Shown: positions 19,482-33,566, numbered from the stretch's first letter. The stretch is DNA of 64,000 nucleotides from an uncultured Acidobacteriota bacterium (GCA_963827655.1 CAWHCF010000020.1:1-64000), one strand, 5' to 3'. Made by a program: numbers and translations. The notes: generated from the letters alone by a model not told the origin.

Positions 19482-22112
19482 CTACCTGTAGTTTTCAACC
19501 AGCATGATGTCGGTGTCGCTCGTGTCGATCTGGGTATAGAGGAACCACCGCCGGTCCGGCGAAAGCGCCAGGCCGGAGCTGTATGGGCGCTTCTCGAGCG
19601 GCGCAACGAAAGATTGCTTGCCCGTCTTCAAATTCAGAAACCAGAGTTCATACTTCGGCGTCCCTCCCGGATTAGATTCCTCGCGCTCGAGATAATAGAT
19701 GCCGTCCTCGACCACTACCCAGTACGCCCAGTACCCCGCGCGCAGAGTCTTGAGGACCTGAGCTTCCTCGCCTCCCGCCACGGGGATGCGCCAGAGCCCC
19801 GGCAAATTCAGACCTTTGGTAAAGTAAAGATACTTGCCGTCCGGGGACTCGGCCGCATGGAACCCGCCCTCGTGGGTCACCTGGACAGCATCACCGCCCC
19901 CTTGCGGCTTTTTCCAGATCTGGAAGTTGCCGGTCCGGTTTGACGCAAAGTAGATCCACTGTCCATCCAGCGACCAGTTGGGGACGATATCGTCGGACGG
20001 TTCGGTCGTCAGTCGTACGGGAGTTCCGCCTTCGGAAGCGATGATATAGACGTCGGCGTTTCCCCCGGGACGCGAGTCGAACACGATACGCTTGCCGTCC
20101 GGTGACCAGCGCGGGCTTCCGGTGGGCGGTCCGTTGAAGTTGGTCAACTGGTATGCGTTCGCGCCTTCCTCATCGCAGATCCAGACCTCCAGAGGGCCCG
20201 TGCGGCTCGAATTGAATACGATCCGTTTGCCGTCCGGAGAATACTGCGGCCCCAGCTCGTGGCGCGTCGAGGAAATCAGCCGGCCTGGAACTTCGTGAGC
20301 CTTGGCTCTTCCCAACGGGTAGCGCCAGATGTTCGTGTCGGTAACGGACCGCGTATATGCCAGGCGGTTTCCCTGGCGCGAAATTGCAATGAACGAAGCG
20401 CCGTCACCTATCTGGGGGATCGGCTCGAGGCTGCCGCCTGATGGCGAAAGCCGCCAGAGGCGCGCGCTGGTGGAGCGATTGGACGAGAAGATGAGTTGAT
20501 TGCGACTTGTGTCCCAGGCAAGGCCGTAGATGCGGCGGTTTTCGTTGGTTAGCCGGCGCGGCTCGCCTCCCGAGACAGAGACTACATAAACGTCCTGGAC
20601 TGCCGCATTGATGGTTCTCAGAAAGGCGATGCTTCGCCCGTCAGCCGAGAACGCCGGGCTGCTGTCGCCCAGCCATTTGTCGGGGGGAAACGTCAGCCGC
20701 TGGCGCTCTGCCGTTTCGGGAGAGAGCAGATACAGGTTCATGGGACCCTCTGCCGCCTCCCTATCGACCAGGGCCAGCGTCTTGCCGTCTGGAGACCAGG
20801 CCACGAAGGGACTGTCCACTCCGATCCGGTGCGGATGCGCATCGCTTAATTTGCGCTCCAGGCCGCCGAGCGCCGGGACCATGTAGAATCCTGCGGTGTC
20901 CTCAGACTGCCGCAGGAACACGATGTAGCGGCCGTCAGGCGACCATGCGGGACTGGAATCGGTGGCCGGGTTGGTCGTGAGACGCAGCGGAGTTCCGGCG
21001 CTCACGACCTTTACGTAGATCTCCCAGTCGTCCTCATGCTCGCCGTTCCAAGAAAAAGCGACCTGATTTCCTTCAGGGGAGAAACTCGGCTGGCTCTCGA
21101 TCCCGGGAAAGCTGGTTAACGGCTCGAGGCGCAAGTTGGCGGACGCTGTTTTCGACGAACCCGTGAAGAAATACAACCCCAGGGCAACGGCTCCGGCGAG
21201 AAGACTCGCGACGATCAGAGATGCCACGACAAGCTTCATGCGCGGCGTCTGAACGGCGGCTTTCTGTCTTTCCGAGGCGGAGTCGCGGCGTACGCGCTTC
21301 AGGTCGGCCTTCAGATCGGATGCGCTCTGGTAACGCAGCTCGCGGTCCTTTTCGACGGCCTTCAAGATGATGCGCTCCAGATCCTCGGGAATCTCGGAAT
21401 TGAGCTCGCGCGGCGACACCGGCGGCCGGTTCAGGATGGCATCGTAGATCGCCGCCTGCGTCTTACCGGAGAACGCGCGCTTCCCGGTGGCCATCTCGTA
21501 AAGCACGGTGCCGAGACTGAAGATGTCGCTGCGGTGGTCAACGTCGTGGCCGAGCGCCTGTTCGGGGCTCATGTATTCGGTCGTGCCTACGACTACCCCG
21601 GGACTCGTGATCGTCGAGGTGACTTGCAGGCGAGCGTCCACGAACTTCGCCAATCCGAAATCGAGAACCTTCACGTTCCCGCGCGGCGTGAGGATGATGT
21701 TCACGGGCTTGATGTCGCGATGGGTGATCCCTTTGGAATGGGCCTCTCCAAGGGCATCTGCCAGCTGGATGGACAGGTCGACAACAGTATCAGGGTCGAG
21801 AGGACTTCCGAAAATGCGGGCCGCGAGCGTCGTCCCCTCGACGTACTCCATCACGATGAACCGCATTCCATCGGATTCGTCGATGTCGTAAATCTGCGCT
21901 ACGTTGGGATGATTGAGAGCCGCGACGGCGCGGGCTTCCTGCTGGAAGCGCCGCATGCGGTCGGGGTCGTCCGCGAGGTCTCTCCGGATGATCTTGAGCG
22001 CAACGACCCGGCCGAGCTTGGTGTCATGTGCCAGATAGACCTCCCCCATTCCGCCAGTCCCGAGACGCGCCTGGATGCGGTAGTGTAGAAGGTCGGTACC
22101 CACGGCAATCAT
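19482..22112 (-). CDS. Ser/Thr protein kinase with PD40/TolB-like repeats
   Basis: GTGGMGEVY, HRDIKP, DFG and YMSPE motifs; TM helix; many WSPDG repeats. Confidence 0.94.
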   Translation of the reverse strand: MIAVGTDLLHYRIQARLGTGGMGEVYLAHDTKLGRVVALKIIRRDLADDPDRMRRFQQEARAVAALNHPNVAQIYDIDESDGMRFIVMEYVEGTTLAARIFGSPLDPDTVVDLSIQLADALGEAHSKGITHRDIKPVNIILTPRGNVKVLDFGLAKFVDARLQVTSTITSPGVVVGTTEYMSPEQALGHDVDHRSDIFSLGTVLYEMATGKRAFSGKTQAAIYDAILNRPPVSPRELNSEIPEDLERIILKAVEKDRELRYQSASDLKADLKRVRRDSASERQKAAVQTPRMKLVVASLIVASLLAGAVALGLYFFTGSSKTASANLRLEPLTSFPGIESQPSFSPEGNQVAFSWNGEHEDDWEIYVKVVSAGTPLRLTTNPATDSSPAWSPDGRYIVFLRQSEDTAGFYMVPALGGLERKLSDAHPHRIGVDSPFVAWSPDGKTLALVDREAAEGPMNLYLLSPETAERQRLTFPPDKWLGDSSPAFSADGRSIAFLRTINAAVQDVYVVSVSGGEPRRLTNENRRIYGLAWDTSRNQLIFSSNRSTSARLWRLSPSGGSLEPIPQIGDGASFIAISRQGNRLAYTRSVTDTNIWRYPLGRAKAHEVPGRLISSTRHELGPQYSPDGKRIVFNSSRTGPLEVWICDEEGANAYQLTNFNGPPTGSPRWSPDGKRIVFDSRPGGNADVYIIASEGGTPVRLTTEPSDDIVPNWSLDGQWIYFASNRTGNFQIWKKPQGGGDAVQVTHEGGFHAAESPDGKYLYFTKGLNLPGLWRIPVAGGEEAQVLKTLRAGYWAYWVVVEDGIYYLEREESNPGGTPKYELWFLNLKTGKQSFVAPLEKRPYSSGLALSPDRRWFLYTQIDTSDTDIMLVENYR

Positions 22113-22264
22113 CGGCGAAATCTTAACACGAAGGAGTTAGTGTTCTTCAGATTTTGAGGCGACGCAGAAGGCTGGGCATTGTGCCTTTGAGGCGTTGTGG
22201 TGAATTGAGTTTTGGGCAACGGCTTGAGGTAGGAATGGTTATCGATGGCGGCGCGGTGATGACG

Positions 22265-23189
22265 CTACTTTGTCACATTCCGACTGATGAAATCCTTCAC
22301 CAGACCCAGCCGCTCCTCATCGTAAAATTGCGGTCCGCCATGGACGGCTCCCGGGATCATTACGAGCTTTACCGGCAGCTTCGCCTTTTCATAAGCGGCC
22401 GCGAGTTCTCTGGATTGCTCCGGCGGCATCTGCGGGTCGGCGTCGCCGTGAATCAACAGCAGCGGCGGATCGTTTGCATCAATATGAAACACCGGACTCG
22501 CCAGCCGGGCGAGATCGGCCTTCTCCGCCGGGGGTCCGCCGAGCAGGAGTTGCAGACGCCGGCAGCCGCACCTTCACTCCATGCTCGGTACTCTGGCTGA
22601 GGATGCTCGTCAGATTGGATCCGCCGTAGAAGCTCACGATCCCCTGCACATCGCTGCTTTGATCGGGGCAATCGCCCACCGTGCCTTCGAGTTCCTTGTG
22701 CCTGTTGGTTACGCCCGCGAGCGCCGCCAGATGCCCACCTGCTGATGATCCCGCGATGACGATTCGGCGCGAGTCGATGCCAAGCTGCGTCTGCTTCGAG
22801 CGCAGAAAGCGGATCGCCGCTTTGATGTCATGCGCCTGCGCCGGGAACAGCGCCTGCGTCGAGAGCCGGTAGTCCACGCTCGCAATGGCAAAACCGTCTT
22901 TCAGCAGCGCGGCGAAGGGTACGCTGTCCCTCGTGCCGCCGCGCCAGGCGCCGCCATGCACATAAACAATCAGCGGCGCAGTTTGTTTGTCCGGCAGATG
23001 CAAATCAAGCTTCAGTGACAGATCACCGACCTTCGCGAACTCAATGCCGCGCGTGACGTTGCCGGCAAACGCCACAGTGAACAACCCAGAGACGCACAAC
23101 AGAAGATATGTCTTGGAATGGCTTCGATGGCCCCCAAGCTTCGTCTGCAAGCCGGTCAGAATGACGGGGAAGCACGGAAGAAGTTTCAT
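22265..23189 (-). CDS. Alpha/beta hydrolase (HSL/BD-FAE-like), one frameshift
   Basis: HGGAW, GSSAGG, IHGDAD and GAVHGG motifs. Confidence 0.85.
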
Positions 23190-23224
23190 TGACAACCTAC
23201 CTTTCTGGCAGGAGAGCAAAGGTG

Positions 23225-23353
23225 TTAGGGGCCGTGCGAGTGAAAGCAGGCGGTGTCGTACGGTCCCTTCCCCTCCAATATTCGCTTCGCGGTCAGCAGG
23301 TCGCTATCGGCCTTGAGCAGCCAACCCCGGGCGTGGTCAAGTTTGCTTCTCAT
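23225..23353 (-). pseudogene. Truncated HEPN-domain toxin (42 codons)
   Basis: MRSKLDHARGWLLKADSDLLTAKRILEGKGPYDTACFHSHGP*; overlaps the MNT gene end. Confidence 0.75.
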
Positions 23354-23681
23354 AGAGGGTTGTTCCTTCTCTCAACGCCGTCGTTATGAACGCGTTGGGG
23401 ACTTCCGCCCATTCCTTTACTTCGAACGCCGTCCAGACAACCACGTCCTTCTCTGGGAAGAGTCCAATCAGCGCCCGCAAGTAACGCGCCGGACGCTTGT
23501 ATCTAGGCAAGTCCGAATCCTCGATGATTAAGAGGTCCAGATCGCTGTCCGGTCGCCCCTGACCTTTCGCGCGTGAGCCGAAGAGCACGATTTTGAACGG
23601 ATCGCCTACGGAGACAATCCGTCGCACAACTTCTGCGAGAAAAGCCTCGGTCACAGGTGGATATTCAAGCTGTCGATCCAT
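23337..23681 (-). CDS. Minimal nucleotidyltransferase (MNT antitoxin)
   Basis: LFGSRAKG...DSDLDLLII. Confidence 0.88.
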   Translation of the reverse strand: MDRQLEYPPVTEAFLAEVVRRIVSVGDPFKIVLFGSRAKGQGRPDSDLDLLIIEDSDLPRYKRPARYLRALIGLFPEKDVVVWTAFEVKEWAEVPNAFITTALREGTTLYEKQT

Positions 23682-23694
23682 CGGGATTACTCCT

Positions 23695-23765
23695 TTTTGT
23701 GCCTTCGTGGTTAGCGCTGGGGAAAAAATACCACGAAGACACTAAAACACGAAGAAACACTAAGG
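23695..23765. repeat. REP-like repeat with inverted arms
   Basis: gtgccttcgtggtt ... accacgaagacactaaaacacgaagaaacactaagg. Confidence 0.75.
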
Positions 23766-23783
23766 TTTGCTATACTAGCGCCT

Positions 23784-26706
<2,923 letters not shown>

Positions 26707-26937
26707 GGGCTCGCGCAGAAATAACTTCACATTCTGGCGCGAGAGTCGGTGTCAATCATGAACCGGTTACTGTTAGCCAAGCAGACGAGGATCGCGCCCC
26801 TTCGGGCTGCGGCCCGCAGGCCCGCTGGCTTTGTTGCTCGCTCCTCACGTACCGCCGCGGGTACGCATCGTCGCTCGCGCCTCGCCAGCGGGCCTGGGGG
26901 CCTGCAGCAGAATGCGAACTTATTTCTGCGCGAACCC
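26707..26937. mobile_element. MITE, 231 bp, with ~30-bp terminal inverted repeats and TAA target duplication
   Basis: TAA|gggctcgcgcagaaataacttcacattctg ... cagaatgcgaacttatttctgcgcgaaccc|TAA. Confidence 0.85.
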
Positions 26938-26991
26938 TAAGCGATCGGAGTGTTTATGCATCGAATTCACCCGGACTCTCGATTGCCGGCC

Positions 26992-28421
26992 ATGCCTGGG
27001 CCGATTCAGTTGACTCGCCGCCAGACCCTGAAGGCGGCCGCCTGCGGTTTCGGCTATCTTGCTCTGGCGGGACTCGCCGCCGAGGCTGCCGCTTCGGGCA
27101 CGAATCCGCTCGCGCCGAAGACGCCGCATTTCAGGCCGCGCGCCAGGCGCATGATCTTCCTCTTCATGCAGGGCGGGCCGAGCCACGTCGACACCTTCGA
27201 CTACAAGCCGCTCCTCGACAGGGACGACGGCAAGATGCTCGGCTTCGACGACGCCCGCACCATTGCCAATACGGGCAAGCGCGGTACCTCGCAGCGCGTC
27301 ATGAAGCCGCTGTGGAAGTTTTCGCAGCACGGCCAGAGCGGGCGCTGGGTCTCCGAGCTTTTCCCGGAGATCGCCAGGCACGTGGACGACCTCTGCTTCA
27401 TCCATTCGCTGCACACCGAGGGCGTGGCGCACGGGCCGGCGACGCTGTTCCTGCACTGCGGCTCGACCAACTTCATCCGGCCCTCGATGGGCTCGTGGGT
27501 CACTTACGGCCTGGGCACCGAGAACGAGAACCTGCCGGGATTCGTCACCATCAGCCCCTCCACCGGCAACGGCGGAGCGCGCAACTATGGCAACGCATTC
27601 CTGCCCGCAGTCTACCAGGGCACGGCGCTCGGCGAGAGCCGGCGCGCCCGCGACGGAAGCCACGATCCGCAACCTGGCAAACCCGTCGTTGTCGGAAGCC
27701 GCCCAGCGGCGGCAGTTCGAGCTGCTGCGGGAACTGAACGCTGAGCAGCTGAAGGCAGCGCCCGGCGACACCGAGCTGGAAGCGGTCGTCAATTCCTACG
27801 AGCTGGCCTGGCGCATGCAGAACAACGCGCCCGATGCGCTCGACCTGTCGAAGGAGTCAGCCGGCACCCTTGCGATGTACGGCATCGGCGAAAAGGCCAC
27901 CGACGACTTCGGCCGCCAGTGTCTCATGGCGCGCCGCCTGTGCGAGGCCGGCGTGCGCTACGTCCAGGTAACTTACGGCGACAACACCGCCAACCCGGCC
28001 TGGGACCAGCACTCGAACCTGCCCAAGCACGCCGACCACGCGCGGGCTGTCGACAAGCCGGTGGCTGGTTTGCTGGCCGATCTGAAACAGCGCGGACTGC
28101 TTGACGACACGCTGGTCTGGTGGGGCGGCGAGTTTGGCCGCACGCCCTATGCGCGAGAAGAACGGCACCGGCCGCGACCACAACCCGGGCGGCTTCACGG
28201 TCTGGCTGGCCGGCGGCGGCGTGAAGCCGGGCTTCGCCTACGGCGCGACCGACGAGTTCGGCCACGCCGCGGTGCAGGACAAGGTCCACATGCACGACCT
28301 GCATGCGACCATCCTCCACCTGCTCGGCCTGGACCATGAAAGATTGACCTATCGCTTCCAGGGTCGCGATTTTCGCCTCACGGATGTGCATGGCCGTGTG
28401 GTGAGCGAGATCTTCGCCTGA
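26992..28421 (+). CDS. DUF1501 family Tat-exported protein, two frameshifts
   Basis: TRRQTL Tat-like signal; [24 protein letters not shown] and GRDHNP motifs. Confidence 0.9.
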
Positions 28422-28435
28422 ATCGCCGAAAAACC

Positions 28436-28555
28436 AACCGCTAAGACACGAAGGTTCGTTCGGGGACTTCGCCCCGAACGAAAGCCCTTGCGAACGACAA
28501 CATGTTGGTTTGAACGTTTCGCTAAGCGCCTAAGACTCGTAGAAACACTAAGAAA
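28436..28555. repeat. REP-like repeat enclosing a ~68-bp element (copy 1) and an 11-bp perfect hairpin
   Basis: ttcgttcgggg-acttcg-ccccgaacgaa; 28468-28535 matches the reverse complement of 32279-32347. Confidence 0.8.
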
Positions 28556-28557
28556 TG

Positions 28558-30129
28558 CTAACGCCGGTCGGGAGACGAAGCCTCGGGGTTTTCCAGTCCG
28601 AAAAGCTCCCGCGTGGCAAGGTTTGTCTTCGACCGGCCGCCGCGCCACAGGTCCCACTTCGGGTCGGCGTAGCGGTTGAAGTATAGGTGGAGCTGATCCC
28701 GCAGCTTTGCCTTGACCTCGGCGTGCTCGGGCCGGTCCGCCAGGTTGCGCCGTTCCTGGGAATCGGCTCGAAGGTCGTACAGTTCGTTGGGCTCCTGGCG
28801 GAAGCGTTCGATGTACTTCCACCGTAGAGTCCGAATCGCCCGCACATTCTCAAACTCGTAAAAGACAGCGTCGTCCCCGCCGGCGCGGGCGCCGCGCACA
28901 GCCTGAGCAAAGCTGCGACCCGGGGCGGGCGGGCTCGCCGGCACCTCCCGGGAAAGGCCCAGGTAGTCAACAATCGTCGGGAACAAGTCGTAGTTAGAGA
29001 CCAGCTGCTTTTGCCGGCGACCGGCGGCGATCGTCCCCGGCTGGTGGAAGATCAAGGGAACCCGCATGGTCCAGTCATAGGCGGTAATCGGTTCAGTGTG
29101 ATCCCCCATTCCCCAGAATCCGCTCTGGCCGCCCGCAAGCCCCTGGTCGGCGGTGAAAACCACGAGCGTATTCCGGTCCAGGCCGAGACGGCGCAGTACG
29201 CCGAGGATCTCGCCGACACCGTCGTCAACCGCGCTGATCTCGGCGGCGTAGCGTCGAATCGCCGTCGGGTTTCCGAGCAGGTTGCGCGTAGCCTTGAGCC
29301 AGGGGTGCGGCGGCTCGCGCGGGAATGAGGGCAGCGGCTTGCCGGCATAGTACGCGGCATGACGGTTGCGCGCCGGTTCCAGCATGCTTGCCCCGAGACC
29401 GTACGGTCCGTTGTAGGAGAGGAACAGGAAGAAGGGACGGTCCCGGTGGGTCTCGATGAACTCGATCCCGCGGCGGGTCCAGTACTCGGTCAGATAGGCG
29501 GGTTCGCGGCGCACCTTGCCGTCTTCGATTACCTCGGCATCGTAAAACGTTGTCGTGCCTCCGTGGGGCATCGTGACCCAGAAGGTAAAGCCTTCCTGGG
29601 GCCGCAGGTTGTCGCCGAGGTGCCATTTCCCGCTCAGGCCGCAGACGTATCCGGCGCCAGCCAGTATCTCCGGCAGGGTGCGGAACTCGGCGATCGCGCT
29701 GCGCGCGCCCGGCCCAACCTGAAGGCCGCCGGCCGCCAGGTAGCGGTGGACGCCGTGCTGGGATGGAAGCAGTCCGGTCAGCAGAGTGGCCCGCGTCGGC
29801 GAGCAGACGGCGTTCGAGCTGAAGACGTTCTCGAAGAGCATTCCGGCGCGCGCCAGCCGATCGATGTTCGGCGTGCGGATGTCGCGGTTCCCGTAACATC
29901 CAAGGGTCCAGCTCCCGTGGTTGTCCGTCAGGATCAGGACCAGGTTAGGGGGTCCTGCGACCGCGTTCGGAGAGCAAAGAAAAAGCCAGAGGAAAGCCCA
30001 CCAGCCGCGCGCGAGTCTTCGTGCCTTGGCGGTTAGTGCGTAAAAACAAGAGTCACGTGCGTGCACGACACCGACAGCTGTTCGACGGTTGATCACGGCG
30101 TCCTCCTTTGACTCGGTTGGCTGCGGCAT
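28558..30129 (-). CDS. Sulfatase (Cys-type); true start probably downstream of 30129
   Basis: PNLVLILTD, CSPTRATLLTG and GKWHLG motifs. Confidence 0.9.
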   Translation of the reverse strand: MPQPTESKEDAVINRRTAVGVVHARDSCFYALTAKARRLARGWWAFLWLFLCSPNAVAGPPNLVLILTDNHGSWTLGCYGNRDIRTPNIDRLARAGMLFENVFSSNAVCSPTRATLLTGLLPSQHGVHRYLAAGGLQVGPGARSAIAEFRTLPEILAGAGYVCGLSGKWHLGDNLRPQEGFTFWVTMPHGGTTTFYDAEVIEDGKVRREPAYLTEYWTRRGIEFIETHRDRPFFLFLSYNGPYGLGASMLEPARNRHAAYYAGKPLPSFPREPPHPWLKATRNLLGNPTAIRRYAAEISAVDDGVGEILGVLRRLGLDRNTLVVFTADQGLAGGQSGFWGMGDHTEPITAYDWTMRVPLIFHQPGTIAAGRRQKQLVSNYDLFPTIVDYLGLSREVPASPPAPGRSFAQAVRGARAGGDDAVFYEFENVRAIRTLRWKYIERFRQEPNELYDLRADSQERRNLADRPEHAEVKAKLRDQLHLYFNRYADPKWDLWRGGRSKTNLATRELFGLENPEASSPDRR

Positions 30130-30272
30130 TTTCGTCGCGCATCCTACGCTGGAAGGTGTATGCTAGCAACTCATGTCCTCGCAATTGAGTTCTGAGCTCG
30201 GCGGTTGCCCGGCGCAATCTTCTTAGTCCGCGCTGCTCCCCGGAGCGCGCACTGACCCGAAGGAGTTTTCGC

Positions 30273-32162
30273 ATGCGCGTGCCAAGCATTCCGATCGCGT
30301 TGATTGTCTCCATCCTCGCGGCCGGCTCGGTATCATCGCCCGAAGCGGCCGAAATCACCATGGTGGTCCAGACGAAGATGGCTCCTCCCGCCTGGGCTCA
30401 GCTCGAGCGGGAGCTGCTCCGTGAAGCTTCCCAGGCCTGCGAGCGTTTTGCCGAAAAATTTGTAGACCAGCGCGGTTACCTGGCGCACACGCCGCGCTGG
30501 GGCACGCTGGACGGCCCCGATGATGCCATAGAGACATTTTACAACTGGACGCTGCTTCACGCGCTCGGCGGATCTGACTCGGTGCTGCAGCTCTACAAGA
30601 AGGCGCAAGAGGGGCACTTGAAGCAGTACGGAGAGCTCCGCACCAAGCTCACCGAACTGGCCTCGAATGGCGCCTACCACAAGGAATTCATTACCCAGTC
30701 GGACTGGTTCCACACGGGCGAGGGATGGCGCGCCTTCTTCTTCCTGGGTCTCTCCGAGCCTAACGATGCCAAGTATCGCGAGAGGATGAAGCGCTTCGCC
30801 GGTCTTTACATGAATGAGGATCCCGAAGCTCCGAATTATGATCCAGTCCACAAGGTAATCAAGAGCATCTGGAACGGAAGCAAGGGGCCCATGCTGCGCA
30901 AGGCAACGGTTTACGATTGGGTGGGCGACCCGGTCCCGGGAAAATTCCACCTGCTTCATAATCGGGCGGGCCGCAGCAAGCTGCTCGACCTGGACACGTA
31001 CTACCCGAAGATGCTCGCTCACTGCACCGAGTACCTCGACAGCGTGGGCGACAACTTCCTCAATCTCGCGGCGACCATTCTGGCCACCAATGCCCATATG
31101 CTGACCGGCGAGCCGAAATACCGGAACTGGGTGGTCGAGTACGTGAACGCCTGGAAGGAACGCGCGCAGGCGTGCGGCGGAAACGTCCCGAGCAACGTGG
31201 GGCTCGATGGAAAGCCGGGCGGCGAGCACAACGGACAATGGTGGAAAGGAACCTACGGGTGGAACTTCACGATCTTCGATGGCGAGATCGAACAGATCGC
31301 GCACCGCAACTACTTCACCGCCGGGACTTGGCCCGGATTCGCCAACGCTCTTCTTCTCACGGGCGACCAGAGCTACGTCGGGGTGCTGCGGCGCCAGATG
31401 GACAATATCTACGCGCAAAAGAAGATCGAGAACGGCCGGGTCCTGCTCCCGCAAATGTACGGCGACCCGCGCGGCTACAAGCACAACGGTCCGCCGAGCT
31501 GGTACCACTACACGGAAAACCTCTTCACCGACCGGCTGACCGAAATCTATCTCTGGTCCATGGATCGGAAAGATCTCGAGCGCGTTCCGAAAGAGGGATG
31601 GATCGGGTTCCTCGAGGGGCTCAAACCGGATTATCCGGTCGAGGCGCTCAAGGCCGAGTTGAATTCCGTCCGGCGCAGGCTGGAGATGATCCGCACCGAT
31701 GCCACGACGGCGGAGACCCGCCTGGCCGACTATCTGCTTGACCTCAACCCCGCCGCCACGAATGCGCTGGTCAATCTAACAATGGGCGGTTACTTTCCGA
31801 GAGGACGCATCTGGACCCTTCATTCCCGGTTCCGCTACTTCGATCCTGCGGCCCGGCGCGCCGGCCTTCCACCCGACGTGGGAGCTTTGGTCGAAAAACT
31901 TGCGGCGGACTCGGCCACTCTGACGCTGGTCAATACCAACTCGGCCGAGGCGCGAACCGTTGTGGTACAGGCGGGCGCTCAGGGCGAGCACCAGTTCGAA
32001 TCCGCAAGCCTTGCAGGCAAGACGACGAAGATCGCCGGTCCGCTTGTGACCGTGCGGCTCGACCCCGGCTGCGGCGCGCGCATCGAATTTCAAATGAGCC
32101 GCTACCGCAACCAGCCCACCCTGGCCCAGCCGTGGGACCGAGCCGCGGCGGTGAAAAATTGA
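30273..32162 (+). CDS. Conserved hypothetical secreted protein, 629 aa
   Basis: Long ORF with signal peptide and RBS; aromatic-rich (DWFHTGEG, WWKGTYGW); function not recognised. Confidence 0.8.
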   Translation: MRVPSIPIALIVSILAAGSVSSPEAAEITMVVQTKMAPPAWAQLERELLREASQACERFAEKFVDQRGYLAHTPRWGTLDGPDDAIETFYNWTLLHALGGSDSVLQLYKKAQEGHLKQYGELRTKLTELASNGAYHKEFITQSDWFHTGEGWRAFFFLGLSEPNDAKYRERMKRFAGLYMNEDPEAPNYDPVHKVIKSIWNGSKGPMLRKATVYDWVGDPVPGKFHLLHNRAGRSKLLDLDTYYPKMLAHCTEYLDSVGDNFLNLAATILATNAHMLTGEPKYRNWVVEYVNAWKERAQACGGNVPSNVGLDGKPGGEHNGQWWKGTYGWNFTIFDGEIEQIAHRNYFTAGTWPGFANALLLTGDQSYVGVLRRQMDNIYAQKKIENGRVLLPQMYGDPRGYKHNGPPSWYHYTENLFTDRLTEIYLWSMDRKDLERVPKEGWIGFLEGLKPDYPVEALKAELNSVRRRLEMIRTDATTAETRLADYLLDLNPAATNALVNLTMGGYFPRGRIWTLHSRFRYFDPAARRAGLPPDVGALVEKLAADSATLTLVNTNSAEARTVVVQAGAQGEHQFESASLAGKTTKIAGPLVTVRLDPGCGARIEFQMSRYRNQPTLAQPWDRAAAVKN

Positions 32163-32172
32163 GTTCCCGTCG

Positions 32173-32402
32173 CACCACGAAGACTCGAAGACACCAAGAA
32201 ACGCGAAGCTAAGAATATCTTGGTGGTGCCTTAGACCGTCTGGTATCCCGTGTCTTGCGGCACCCTTCGCTTGGCGTTTCTTAGGCGCTTAGCGAAGCGT
32301 TCAAACTAACATGTCGTCGTTTGCAAGGGCCTTTCGTTCGGGGCGAATTTCAGTCCTTGTGCCATGCTTTGCGTTTCTTAGAGTCTTCGGTCTTCGTGGT
32401 TA
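32173..32402. repeat. REP-like repeat arms enclosing the ~68-bp element (copy 2, inverted)
   Basis: accacgaagactcgaagacaccaag ... gtcttcggtcttcgtggtt. Confidence 0.78.
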
Positions 32403-32414
32403 GCAATATTGCCG

Positions 32415-33566
32415 TCAATAGGATTTCGGCAGCTCCAGCGAGTGCTGCGCCACAAAATTAAGGATCATCTCGCGGGAGATCGGGGCAAGACGGAAGAGCC
32501 GGGTCACTCCCCAGAGATCCGCAAGCCCGTACTCCGTGGCCAGGCCGTTTCCACCGTGGGTCTGAATCGCCCGGTCCAGCGCGAAATCGGCGGCTTCGGC
32601 AGCCGCGAACTTCGCCATGTTCGCCGCCTCGCCGGCGTCCGTGCCGTTGTCGTACAGCCAGGCTGCCTTCGCCGTCATGAGACGCGCCAGCTCCACCTCG
32701 ATCTTGGCCTCAGCGAGCGGATGGGAGATTCCCTGGTGCGCTCCGATCGGCACGCTCCAGACCGAACGCTCGCGCGCGTACGCGGCAGCCTTGTCCAGCG
32801 CGTAGAGACCGACGCCGTTCATTATGGCGGCGCTCGTGATTCGCTCCGGATTGAGTCCGCTGAAAACCTGCCGGAAGCCGTCGCCGGGGGTTCCAACCAG
32901 GCGGTCCGCGCCGACGTACACGTCATCGAAAAAGAGCATGAACTGCTTTTCAGTCGCCACGATCTCCATCGGGATCGCGTTCTTCGTCAAGCCCTCGGCA
33001 TCGGTGTCAACGATGAAGAGCGACAGCTCGGCTCGTCCCCGCGGGTCGGTCCCGGTACGTGCCACGACCAGAACCGCGTCGGATTGCTCCACGCCGGAGA
33101 TATAGTACTTCTGTCCCCGCAGCCGATACCCGGTTCCGTCCGGAGCTGCCCAGGTGGCGAGTTTGTGGGTGTTGGAGCCGGCGTCCGGCTCGGTGATTGC
33201 GAAAGCGATCCTGGTTTCCCCGGTCGCCATCGACGAGAGCCACTGCTTCTTCTGCTCGTCGCTGCCGTGACGGGAAAGGATCGAGGCGCAGATCGCGGGC
33301 GAGACGATGAGAAATATGTGAGGACAGCCCTGGTGCGCGATCTCTTCGCACACGAGCGCCAGCTCGCTGATACCCATTCCGGCGCCGCCATACTCCTCCG
33401 GGATGCTGGCCGAGAGAAAACCGCCGCGACCGAGCTCATTCCAGAGTTCGGCCATGCCGCCGCCGCTCCGAGCCTGCTCCTGGTAATAACGGTGGCCGTA
33501 TCTCGACCCGATCTCGCGCAGCGTTTCGCGCATCAGCGCATGTTCGGATGATTCCGAAAAGTCCAT
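32415..33566 (-). CDS. Acyl-CoA dehydrogenase
   Basis: FAITEPDAGS, LRGQKYYIS and QTHGGNG motifs. Confidence 0.93.
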   Translation of the reverse strand: MDFSESSEHALMRETLREIGSRYGHRYYQEQARSGGGMAELWNELGRGGFLSASIPEEYGGAGMGISELALVCEEIAHQGCPHIFLIVSPAICASILSRHGSDEQKKQWLSSMATGETRIAFAITEPDAGSNTHKLATWAAPDGTGYRLRGQKYYISGVEQSDAVLVVARTGTDPRGRAELSLFIVDTDAEGLTKNAIPMEIVATEKQFMLFFDDVYVGADRLVGTPGDGFRQVFSGLNPERITSAAIMNGVGLYALDKAAAYARERSVWSVPIGAHQGISHPLAEAKIEVELARLMTAKAAWLYDNGTDAGEAANMAKFAAAEAADFALDRAIQTHGGNGLATEYGLADLWGVTRLFRLAPISREMILNFVAQHSLELPKSY

